Positions 1-12,113 of a stretch of DNA of 64,000 nucleotides are shown here, piece by piece. The notes beneath the pieces were generated by a model. That model was given only the letters and a program-made list of their open reading frames with translations. It was not told where the DNA came from and searched no databases. Both the position numbers and the translations under genes were made by a program. Origin of the DNA: Selaginella moellendorffii (taxonomy: Eukaryota > Plantae > Lycopodiophyta); the NCBI RefSeq assembly GCF_000143415.4, contig NW_003314309.1:1053199-1117198 (forward strand), given 5' to 3'. The number at the start of each line of letters is the position of its first letter. Position 1 is the stretch's first letter.

Positions 1-1500
1 AGATTTATGAAGATTTTCAAGTATTTATCACAATTTTATTAGGAATTCATATCCATTATTTGATAATACAATTTCTTAAAACTCCATATTTGTATATGAC
101 CTTCTTAAAGAACCAAACATTAACCTTTTGAGGCTTCTTAGTCTTCAAAAGTGTAACATCCACCCATTTTATGAGCCCACTACCACATAGTTGTACCTTG
201 CCAAAAATTCCTAATACTTTGTAAGGTTTATACATACTGAAGAATGTAAGAATTTATGTTAGCTTTAGTTCTATTAACTTATTCAGTTATGCAAATTTCT
301 TTTTCCTTTCATGGCATACAATTTTTTAAGAATCTTGCGACTTAAGCTTTCATATTCTACTAGAAGAACTTTTTCCTGTAACATTGTTAAAGTTTTATAG
401 ATTCCAAAAGTCTATTACCTACTTCCTTATTAAGTCCTCTACCTATGAACCTCATAAAATATGTCTTCTCTTTTACTAAGGGTTGGAATCTCATAAATAA
501 ACCTAGACATACTAAACTTATATATCAAATGATTCTTTTTTAGGTTAGTAATACTTGGATGCTTCTTCCTAATCCTTAAAAAGGAATTTTCAATAATTGT
601 CAAAGCGGAAATGGAAAAATAAAAAAATGAAATGTGCTCAAAGTTTAGAGAATATAATTCCCTTTCATATAAAAAATTTTGGCCATCACAAAATAAGTAC
701 CTCTTAACCTTCTTAATACACAATTTAACAATTGAGGCTAGAAAATCAATATAAAAATGTAAACAACCAAAGAGAATGATTTGATAGATGATCTATGGGG
801 TTTAAATATAAAGGGAAAGGGCCCATGAACAAGAGTGCACCCTTTTTTTGAATCAGTTAAGGGTTTTGGGATATTTGAGGTTAAACATCCTTGGGTTTGA
901 ATAGTACTGGGTTAAATAACTTCCCAAGAAATTCAAATTCAAGAGCTTACAAAAAATCTATAGTTTCAAGGGAACATATAAATTCTTTAGTAATAATGGT
1001 AAAATAAAGACTCTTAGTAGCGCTTATATTTAGAGATATACATTAAATTTGAAAAATTTCAAGTTATAATATATTTATCTCCCTCCTCTTAAGCCAATTG
1101 GAAAAAGGGATAATATAAGAGCTTTTAGTGGCTATTTTATCCCTATTTATCCCCCAAGGTTCTAAAAATTTATGGTAACAATATATATAAATTTTATCCC
1201 ATCATCAATGTGCTACAAAACATATATTCAACATCTAGATTAGTATGAGAAGGACAAAAAATACTTAACTCAACACTAAATTAAAAATAAAAATCATAAG
1301 AGTCACAAAAGATCAATATGTTAGTAGAATAAAATATTGCAAATGAATAAGAAACATTAGGAACATAAGAAGGTGGCTTAAGTTGAGAAATAGAAAAAAA
1401 GTTAGGAAATAAAGCAAAGAAAAATAATTAAATGGCAGATTAAAAGATTGACACCTACCTCCAACTCGTCTTCAAAGCTACCCTTAAATTAATTAAATTA
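1..1500 (-). mobile_element. Highly degenerate Ty3/gypsy pol remnant (integrase region)
   Basis: Minus-strand translation gives integrase-like pieces (EIPTLSKREDIFYEVH; KWVDVTLLKTKKPQKVNVWFFKKVIYKYG) broken by stops and frameshifts. Very AT-rich; boundaries approximate. Confidence 0.55.
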
Positions 1501-1569
1501 TCATAAATAGGAATCCATTTAAGCTTATAAACATTATCTTCCTATAAATTCATCATTAAATATTCTTTA

Positions 1570-3104
1570 AAAACTTGTATTTGATGTTCAATATCCACAA
1601 GATATGTAGAGCAAGATTTACCTTTTCTTAATGAGGTTCATAAAGCTTAAAAGGTTAAATTATAGATCTGAAAGCTTTGTAATAAGTTTAAAAATCTTAC
1701 ATTACTTGCTAATAATTTGTCATTTCAGTATTTGAAAACAATCTTCTTTATTTTATGGGGAGAGGTCTTGATGATTATTTATGGTTAGTGGTGCCTTTGA
1801 TATTTATTTCACACTTTCTTTATGCTTATTATGATTCTTTTATTCTAGGTGGGCATATAGGATATTGCTGTATGATTAAAAAGTTATGTAAATCTTTCTA
1901 TTAGCCGGAGATATGACATGATATTATCTAATATATGTGTAACTATTTTTAATGCTAAACTCATAATACTTCCCCTCATGTTATAAAAGGATAATTGGAG
2001 TCAATTGCAATTTCCTGTTCATTTGAGTTGATGGCATTTGATATGATAGAGCCTTTAACATGGTCAATTACTTGTAATGAATGTGTCATTATTACTTTTG
2101 ACTACTTAATTCATTGGGTGAAAGTTGATGCTCTTACTAGTGCATTTGCAATTATTATTGAGTATTTTTTCCTCAATCAGGTGGTGTTCTAATATTTTTA
2201 TCCAAAGCAGATTCTCTTGAATAATGATCTTGCATTAATGGCTAAGGCATTTTATAATTTAACATCTTGATTGGGGATATATCACACTTTCACAAGTGTT
2301 TATCATCCATAAATGAATGGTTTGCTATAACAAATTGTTTGGAACTTCAAAAGAATAATTGTGAAGTACATGAAGTTCTTGTATTTAAATTAGGATGGTT
2401 ATTTACTTTTTTTTTAATATGCATATGTCACAAAGGTACAGAATTCCATTAGTGCTTCATTATATAAATTCTTATATGGTTATGATCCAATATTACCAAT
2501 AAAGTTGAGTTTATCTTTCTAATTGCTATGAGCTACTGATGATAGGTCTAAGAATTAATATTTAATGAGTATTTTTTCACTAGTTCAAGCAGAGTTTATT
2601 GAACATTTGAGTTGTGTACAAGTGGGACAATAATAACATTACAACTCTTATCATCATCCACTTGCAAACTATAAATTGGATGATCTAATGCTAGTTCGTT
2701 TTCCCAATTTTTGTTTAAAGGGCTCTTTACTTAATTTGTATCAGTTATTGCAACAAGTTGGACCACAAGTTTATAAAATTTAATATAACAATCAATTGGC
2801 CAATCCTCCAGAAACTGTATATATGTAGCAATTAAAGTATTTTGTACAAAGGGATCAAGAATAATTAACACCACTTACAAATCTACAAATGCCTCTTTTT
2901 GATGTTCCTCCAAATCCCAGCCTATCAACCCTAATTGCCTTCCATCCTTCCAAAAGAGGAGAGGATGATGTGAGGTCTAAATATATAATTATGATGTTGT
3001 ATATTAATATTAATATAGTGGGATTTTGATAGCGATTGGATTAGTTTCAATCCCGAAAACTCACTTTTGTATATAAACAAAGGTTTTGGAGCTAATCACT
3101 CATA
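1570..3104 (+). mobile_element. 3' part of a degenerate short-LTR Ty3/gypsy element (integrase, PPT, 3' LTR)
   Basis: Colinear with the reverse complement of 43.9-45.4 kb. Integrase remnants (IITFDYLIHWVKVDAL). Polypurine tract AAAAGAGGAGAGGA at ~2952-2965, followed by an LTR from TGTGAG at 2969 to CTCATA at 3104. Confidence 0.75.
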
Positions 3105-3249
3105 AATTGTTTTATTATAGATTTACAATATGAAGTATTTACTTATTTGGGATGAGAATATTCATCTCATATATTCAATGGAGAGCTCCAACACTAGAAT
3201 CTTAAGTATTTCGTTTAGAGAGCTAGGTTTTTTGATACTTTGCTGGACT

Positions 3250-3660
3250 AGATTGGTGATTGTCAGTTCCTTGGAAAGCAAGTAGAGGCTACTCGGTGTT
3301 GCCTTTTCAGTGAAACAATCGATCCACATCCTCTTTTTTGTATAAAAAGGCTCCTAATTTCATTGTCTTTGTCCCAGGAAGTAGATCAATTGAATCATAT
3401 GTGGGGAATTATGTTCTTTGTTGGTACTTAACTTTTTGTTTTAAGAGCCTTTCTAGCTTGTCTTCTCGTTTTCTATATGTAAGGTGTTTTCAAGTACTTG
3501 GAATACATCTTAAACCAGACTAGGGCCTCAATATCTTAATTGTTCCCATGGGTAAAGATTTCTCCCATTCTTCGTTCAAGTATCTAGCCAAATTCCATCT
3601 ATTACGGGATCTGGATTGTCGAGCTTCGCAGCATTCCTCTTGGCAGCACTTTACCAAGGT
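3250..3660 (+). pseudogene. Galactokinase (GHMP kinase) gene fragment
   Basis: Exon-like pieces QEVDQLNHMWG/NYVLC and GLNILIVPM-GSGLSSFAAF match the plant galactokinase region QEIDLKNHKWGHYFIC...VPTGSGLSSSAAF (GHMP motif). Frameshift, stop and a damaged acceptor are present. Confidence 0.6.
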
Positions 3661-3919
3661 CTTTAGGTTACCACAATTGTTTCGGATTCAGCTCGTCTGC
3701 TGGTCCAGTCTACTTTAAATCTGGCCTAGTTGCTTTGAGAATTCTTATAGGTTTTAAAACTGCAACTGATCTGGAACGGTAAGCTTGTTTATCAGAAAGT
3801 GAACGTAGTGCTCAAGTATCTCGATTACAGGTGATCAGAATATCAAAGATTTTTAATTGGGTATTAGAGTAGTACCGCAAAAAAAAAGATGAACTACTAA
3901 CCACTTATGGTTACCTCAG

Positions 3920-4341
3920 ATTGTTTTCAACACGAAACAAGCTGCCATTCATGAGTCAATTCTCAAGTTTCCAAAGCAATACAAAACCATGGTTTGGCGA
4001 GAGGGGACTAAAGGTATTCAAAGCTCTTTACTTCCGTTGCAGCTGAGTGGAGGAGAGATAGCGCTGACAAGAGCATTCCTCAAATCCGTGCGAATCTTGT
4101 AAGTCAGCTGTGTTCCCTTGAACGTTTCACGACGCGTTTTCTTATCAGGTTGTGTGATGAAGCAACGTTGTTTTCTCTAGATTCCACCACCGAGGCAGAA
4201 ATTCTATCGTCTCTCGCGGCCGCCATATTCATTGCTCACCGTCTCACAACAGCACTGAACTGCGACGAGGTATACGTTTCTGTTAGCTTTGCAAGAGCTG
4301 GGCGGTATGCTCAGCTCTGGGCGAAACAGAAGAGCTTGGAT
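3920..4341 (+). pseudogene. C-terminal fragment of a mitochondrial ABC transporter (ATM3/ABCB25-like)
   Basis: AAIHESILKFPKQYKTM..GERGLK, LSGGE, CDEAT..LDSTTEAEIL, IFIAHRLTTA..CDE, AGRYAQLW, with frameshifts and internal deletions; short introns retained. Confidence 0.75.
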
Positions 4342-4682
4342 TATGGTCCATCGCTGAGCTCTTCGCCAGATTATATGACCCTTACTACAACCAATCGCTC
4401 AGGAGCCAGTGTCCCAGCAGTGGTGGTGACTCAAATCTTTCTCCTCTAGATTTGCAAACTCGAGTGGTGTTTGACAACAAGTACTACAAGAACTTGATAA
4501 ATTTCAGTGGATTGTTCCACTCTGACCAGACACTGTGGAGTGGTGGTGATTGGACAGTTGCGCAGCTGGTGCACACTTATGCCATGGATCAAGTGCGATT
4601 TTTCCGGGACTTTGCGACTGGAATGATCAATATCAAGCCGCTCTTGGCTCCAAATTGTAAATACTGTGGCAAAGTGAACTAG
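4342..4682 (+). pseudogene. 3' fragment of a class III peroxidase
   Basis: YGP...CPSSGGDSNLSPLDLQTRVVFDNKYYKNL..GLFHSDQTL..FFRDFA..C.KVN*. Frameshift near 4377 and small deletions relative to the canonical MIKMGNI and GQIR motifs. Confidence 0.8.
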
Positions 4683-4746
4683 AATTTTTCAATATATAAA
4701 AATTATCTTGGTTCCAAGGTGTTTATCAAGTATACTTCTTCTCAAG

Positions 4747-5833
<1,087 letters not shown>

Positions 5834-5896
5834 CTATCCGCTTGAGCTTTAGCTTCACTCGAAAGGCCTGGCCTTTGAAACGTCTGGAAGGGTTGC

Positions 5897-5905
5897 ATTT
5901 ATAGA
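5897..5905 (-). promoter_or_regulatory. TATA box of the peroxidase gene
   Basis: TCTATAAAT on the minus strand ~65 nt upstream of ATG 5833. Confidence 0.5.
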
Positions 5906-6914
5906 TAGAGCCTTGCCGTATTGAGCACGGGTGCCACGGTGGTGAATGATATTAAACACAACTCGAGCCGGTGTATTTTGACAAGCTTTTTGTTTTGTGA
6001 TGGAATAAGTCGTATCCATTTCATGTGGTGAAAGTCGGCGATGGCACACAAGTTCAAACATTTCACCCTCGAAAGAACCATATCTCACAACTTCCAAATC
6101 TCACAAGAGATGATCAAGCTTGTCATGACGCAAAAAAAAGTCAAGTACCGCTCAAATGCATCCTGTGACTTTGGACAAGTTTTTCTAATCACTCCCTTTC
6201 TGCCACCAAAGCATCCTGCCTGTTACAATTTTTCTTTGCTGGCTAATGCCTCCACAGAAAAACCTTGCGAATAAGACATTAAAACTTTCGAGGAGAAAGC
6301 CTCCTCCTAGATCCTCTTTAGGATCTTCACCGAGTACTTTTGAGACTAAAATTAATAGAAAAATATAATTCTTATAATTTATTTCTACATTATTTAAAAT
6401 ATCATAAAACTCTTATAAAAAAGAGAAAAATAGTTTTTCATATTAAATCTAGTTATTCCAACACAAAATAATAATGTTTTAGAACTTAATACAGACTTAA
6501 AATAAAATTTAACATGTATTTAATAACAATTTATGTTTTTTGTTATACTAAGTGGTGTAAAATATTATTATATTACATAAATATGCATATTTTTAAAATA
6601 TATAAATTAAATTATTATTACTATAAATATAAAATAAAAATATTTATCCTTTTTTCTGTCCAAAATTACATTTAAAAAATATTAATATTAAAAATACTAA
6701 TAAAAATTAGTCAAAATAATAATCAAAAATAAAAACTATAATTTGAAATCATATACTATCAATTTTAGATTATTTTGTTACAAAGATAACATCTAGATAC
6801 AATAACAACCCCACCTTAATAAGGGCTTCACACTCCTCTTTGATTTTGTTAATTTAAAATTAAAAGTATATAAAGGATTTTGATTATGCCAATGATATGA
6901 TCTTGGATGACTTC

Positions 6915-7680
6915 TCATCTGTGTCACATATGATTTTCACCCTTGACCCTATAGTGATTTATTATAGAATAACCACAAAATAGAATATAAACTTTAAATG
7001 TATGGGCCAAGGGTATTGAAGTGGAATTTGAATTTCAAAGCTCTGGCTATTAAATAAAGGAACAAAGCTAAACTCTCAATCATACAACTAAAGAATAAAA
7101 AAATGAAAGCATAGAATGACTTTTGAGTGTATAGCCTAAAGAACAAAATAATAGAAGTATAGAGTGATATTGGAACAGTCCTTAAGCATCCACCATCTCA
7201 ATGCTAGAGCCAACATGCAAAATAAGAGTTTAGTGTTATTTTAGCATATTGGTAGTTTAATGTGAAAATATAAATATTCCACCAGTTAGCATGGTATGGA
7301 ATTTGGGCTTAGACCCAAATTAGATGCAAAACAAAGACAAATATACAAGCAGAGAGTTAAACTATACCTCAAATTGATCAACCATACCCAATATACCCAC
7401 TATCCCTACTATATGTTCCCCTCCTTTTATATCTATATGAAAGCACATTTTGGGCTTTCACCCCAATCCCATGAACAAAAATTTATTAAATATGAAATGA
7501 TGCTAAATTTTAAATTTGAATATGTGAATAACACTATTGTGTTCAAAACAATTTCTACATTCTACAAATATACCTTACTTGCTAATTTAGACACTTTCAA
7601 ACAAAACTAACATATGGGAAATGATAGGGTGTCTTGCTAGATATAGTAAGTTATTACATAAAAAATATTGAGAGACCAAA
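6915..7680. repeat. Dispersed repeat (degenerate retroelement-derived), uninterrupted copy
   Basis: Colinear similarity to 55.71-56.01 kb joined to 63.49-64.0 kb, e.g. CCTATAGTGATTTA..ATAACCACAAA and CCTCAAATT..TCAACCATACC..TACCCACTATCCC. Confidence 0.75.
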
Positions 7681-8756
7681 CTCAATATCACAAAGGTTTC
7701 CAACACTATCAAGTGCAAGCTAGGCCGAGTATGCTCAACAGGTAATATATAGAAGTTTCTACTTTATGTTTATTTGGCAAAAGTATATACATGATGACTA
7801 ATTTCTCTACTAGCTTGGGCAGAGATTGAATAAGGTTTAACAATACCAACTTTTTACCATTGTGGCAGTAAAAGAAGAATATCCAAAAAGACTCATTAAC
7901 ATGTAAATTTTGATACCTATAATCACATTCACAACATCATTATAGCAATTATCAAAACTGTAGGCTAAGAACACCAATCTAAGATGCAAGGTAAGAGAAA
8001 GGTAGCAAAAGAACTGACTAGTGTTGATTCAATTCAAGAGTTTGTGTAAAGAGAGCTTAATTTTTATAGTAAGCTAACTTTGCCATTACCATTTATAAAT
8101 ATAGTGTATGCCATTTCTGGCTAGCACACCTACAAATGACTAAGTCTAGAACATATGTTTAGTTAAATTACAATCAGCTCTCTTATTGATATCACAATTG
8201 TACTCCATATCAGTAAGAGATATCAGGAGATTGAGAATAGAAGAAGCCACATAATCATGTTACATAGAAGCTAGATATAATAACACATCAAAGATTAGAC
8301 CAACATCAATAGAATCATGCCACACAACACCAAAAGTTTACTCTAAAAAGGATATAGCCACAAGAATAACATTGTTAAGTGACAACAATAATGCATCATT
8401 TGTAGTCTTAGACAATAGACTCCTCAATTACTAATGACATGACATGGTGGAAGAAGAGATTGTAATAAAGATTGAAAAGTAAAAACTAATTTAATAGGTA
8501 TATAAGTGTAGATCAAAAAAAGAATGAAGAAATAAAAATAAAAGTATAATCCTAAATATTGAGCAAAGCATTGTCAAAACCCTTTACTCTCTACAAATTG
8601 TAATGCCCCTCACTTCGACCAATGTGAATGCTCAAGATATAAGAAGAGGTACATTAATTGGTAATTAAACACTTGCTTATATGCAATAATGGATGGACCA
8701 AATTTAGTCCCAAATATGCTATAATACTATAATTAGCATATTACCTTTTATTTATT

Positions 8757-8784
8757 ATTATATATATATATATATATATATATA
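8757..8784. repeat. (TA)n microsatellite
   Basis: Direct TA run upstream of the neprosin gene. Confidence 0.9.
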
Positions 8785-8948
8785 TTCTATTTTTAAAATA
8801 TATATTATTGTAATCAAAATATCTAACCTATAAAAATAATTTTTTTAAAAAAAAATAATAACCATTAAATCTAAAAATATGGAAGATTTACAGAAGACTA
8901 TCAACAACTTCTATTCCAAATTTTTGGGATTCTAGTATCACATTGTAT

Positions 8949-10451
8949 ATGGAGCCATTTTGGTTTTTTGTCTGTGCTCTGTTTGCTGGTGCCTATTCAA
9001 AAGTTTTCAAGGTACCTAATGTTTAACGAACTAGTATACAGTTTTCCGTTTAATCTGGTTCCAGTTATCAAATGGAGACATTGTAAAATGCATCACAATA
9101 CAAGATCAGCCTTCTTTGACAGACCCTTCTCCCATCCAGGTGAAAAAGACTTGGTCACTTTTACTGTTGTAGAGAGATCTCCCCTTGTCCAGATGGAACC
9201 ATCTGTAGCGCACCAGCGTGCATTTGGAAATGCAACACAAAAGCCTTCGCTTGTTCAGATGTTTGCAAAAGAATTCGGATCATGTCCAATGGGCCAAATA
9301 CCCATTCACCATGCCTCAAAACACAACTACAATCTTGGAACGAATGAGTTTATTATGAAGAAAGAAGCCGGGTATACAAAGAAATTTGCTACTCCACAGA
9401 CATTAAGCGGCATAGAAACACATCAGGTTCTCTTGTCACAATGTTCTAAAATCTACAAAATATTGGCTGACCATATTCTTTGTAGCATGCTGCTCTGTAT
9501 ACTACGGGAAGCTTTCTAGGATTCTCCACAACCATCAACGTATGGCAACCGTACGTGGAGAAGGCCTCCGAGTTTAGCTTATCACAACTCTGGCTTATAT
9601 CATCCAGAACAAGTCGAGGAACTCCACGAAACACTATTGAGGCCGGATGGCAAGTCTGTCTATAGTCTTCTTCCATCGTTAGGTCGTTATACAAGTTTTG
9701 TAGGTGTACCCAGCTCTATACGGTGGATACCAACCAAGACTTTTCGTCTATTGGACGGTAGATTGATCTGTATTATTATATTCTTGTGGGTGATGATATT
9801 GAATTCTTAGGCGGATGGGTACAACAAAACTGGATGCTACAACTTGAAATGCCCTGGATTTGTCCAAGTAAGCAACACAATCGTCCTGGAGGGAGTATTA
9901 GCTCAATCCACGTCCGGATCTTCTCAACAAGAACTAGAGTTTCTCGTGTTCCAGGTAACTTTAAAGTAAGATTATTTAGAAGCTAAAGATCGCATAAACT
10001 TTAGGACCAAAAAACAAAGAATTGGTGGCTGCGATTAGCTGGAACTTACGTGGGTTACTGGCGTGACTCGTTCTTGCAAGAGTTTCGACTTGGTGCCACC
10101 GAAGTTGCAAGTGGCGGTGAGATTTACTACGACAAAGTGAGTGTCCCTCTCAAACTTTTTAGAGTCGATCGAATCTAATCTCTATCTATTCAGATGAATG
10201 GGGTCAGGCACACAAGAACGCAAATGGGGAGTGGTCGATTTCCAAGCGCATTATTTCGATACGCAGCCTACCATCGGAAAATCCAGACTGTGAAGCAAGA
10301 TTTTAAACTGTACGATGCCACGAGCCTGGGGCAATGGATTGTAGCAGCTCCTGGATGCTACAACGTTGGAGATCCAACTTACAACGATACGAACTGGGCA
10401 ACTTTCTTCTTCTTTGGAGGGCCTGGATACAATCCAGCAAGTTGCCCATGA
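8949..10451 (+). CDS. Neprosin-family (DUF239) secreted glutamic peptidase with activation peptide; 8 exons
   Basis: ATG 8949 signal peptide MEPFWFFVCALFAGAYS; pro-domain GDIVKCITIQDQP and CPMGQIPI; INVWQP, EFSLSQLW, TIEAGWQ|VYP, RLFVYWT|ADGY..TGCYNL.CPGFVQ, NWWL..VGYW, GGEI, HT.TQMGSG.FP, FFGGPG..CP*. Confidence 0.92.
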
Positions 10452-10636
10452 AAAAACACAGTTCTATAAATGAGAATATTCCCCTGATAGTTTCAAACAA
10501 TCGTCACCGTCGGTGGGTCAACGGCTGGATCCACTTTTCCTTGGGTTCTAGGGTTGCACGATTGGAGCGCAAACGAAGCTGCCGATCTCCTTGTTTGTGA
10601 GTCTTCTTGGAAGAGTTTCGGGCGATCTTGAAAGAA

Positions 10637-11066
10637 ATGCCGTCCATCCAGTACTCGGAGAAGTACTTCGACGACGTCTACGAGTATCGGTGAGTTCAGC
10701 TGTTGTGCACGGAAAAAAATCATTTTTTTCTTCATCTGTGGTGGTTCTTTTCTTGGTTTTTCTTCCAGGCATGTCGTGCTGCCACCTGATGTTGCCAAGG
10801 CTCTTCCAAAGAACAAGCTTCTCACAGAGGTGTTTGCGTTCTTCTTCTTTGCATTTGTTTTTGCTTAACCCGCTTGTTTTCTCTCAAATTTCTAGAACGA
10901 ATGGAGGACAATTGGAGTGCAGCAGTCTAGAGGCTGGGTTCACTACGCGATTCACAGACCGGAGCCGCACATTATGCTCTTTAGAAGGCCTCTAAATTAC
11001 CAGCAGCAAAATCAGCAGCAGCCATCACAGATCCAAACGCAGCAGCAGCAGCAGCAGCAGCAGTAG
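10637..11066 (+). CDS. CKS1: Cyclin-dependent kinase regulatory subunit CKS; 3 exons
   Basis: [18 protein letters not shown]|[20 protein letters not shown]|[38 protein letters not shown]...polyQ, TAG at 11064-11066. Not shown by the ORF track because the exons are short. Confidence 0.95.
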
Positions 11067-11609
11067 ATATATACATCCACAGGTTTGGAATTTATTTAAG
11101 CTATTTGTGTTGTAGTGTAGCTGGCTTGTTTTAGTCCTTCTTTTCCTCGGAGATTTGCCTCTTGAGGAGAAAAACTAGAAAGAAAATCCAAGACTTGTGA
11201 AAGCGATATGGTATCAACTACAGCTCATTCATGTAAATGGGAATGCGTGTCCTAGCCCAATCAAAAGCACCAAATGCTTTTAGTGGGGTGAATGGTAAAC
11301 CAGTCATATCATAGCAGCAGCACTACCAGGCAGTGCCCGAGAGAACATTGCAACTTGGAATCCATCCATGGTCAAAAAAGCTCTTTCCGGTAAAACTTCT
11401 CGCTTAGCAGGCCACCTTTCTTCATTCCAAGCACTAGGAGAGATTTCAGCCATGGGGAAAGGAGGTGTTAATCATGGAAAAGATGCAAACCAACACACAA
11501 AAGTTTATTATATTGCCAAGAAGGATGTTTTACCATCTTTTGATAGAGGACATCACACACTTATTGTAAGATTAGCCATCCTGGCCATTGCAACTTGGCT
11601 TGGTGTTCT

Positions 11610-11909
11610 TCACGGGAGCTCCTCGTCGGCAGCCACAACAAGAGGATAGCTATAGTTCGTAGCAGCCGTGATGTGGAACTCCGCTGCTGCGGCAGACCTC
11701 CAGCACGGGCCGGCGATGCAATTCCCTCGCCCGCAGTACGCTCGCCCGGTTCCACACCAGTTGAATCGACTGCAGCATCGACCGGGATTGCAGTACTGGC
11801 GACCCGCCGGGCTGCATGTTGGATCCGCGACGCTCAGCTCCACAGCAATGAACGCGAGCACGAGCATGAGCGCGAATGCGAGAGCCACACGGGAGATGGA
11901 AGCAGCCAT
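11610..11909 (-). CDS. 8-Cys hevein-like chitin-binding peptide precursor (99 aa, intronless)
   Basis: Signal peptide, then DPTCSPAGRQYCNPGRCCSRFNWCGTGRAYCGRGNCIAGPC with chitin-binding motif S-x-F-x-W-CG-x4-Y, then a short acidic C-tail. TATATAAA ~95 nt upstream. Confidence 0.9.
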   Translation of the reverse strand: MAASISRVALAFALMLVLAFIAVELSVADPTCSPAGRQYCNPGRCCSRFNWCGTGRAYCGRGNCIAGPCWRSAAAAEFHITAATNYSYPLVVAADEELP

Positions 11910-12002
11910 TAATGAAAGTAGATTAAAGTTGCTCTTTGGTGACAAAGGAGAGAACTTGTGGAAGCTTTGGTGCTGGATGGCCACAAATGGAGACGCCCTG
12001 CG

Positions 12003-12113
12003 TTTATATAGCTCGAGAGATTCTCTGTTTTGGGTTATTGTATTCACAGGTTGGATCGAGCACGCAGTTGAAAAGTAAAACGAGATTCTTAATCACGGAT
12101 TAGAAAACACGTG
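12003..12113 (-). promoter_or_regulatory. TATA box (12003-12010) and G-box CACGTG (12108-12113) of the hevein-like gene
   Basis: Motifs seen directly at typical spacing from ATG 11909; function inferred. Confidence 0.45.
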
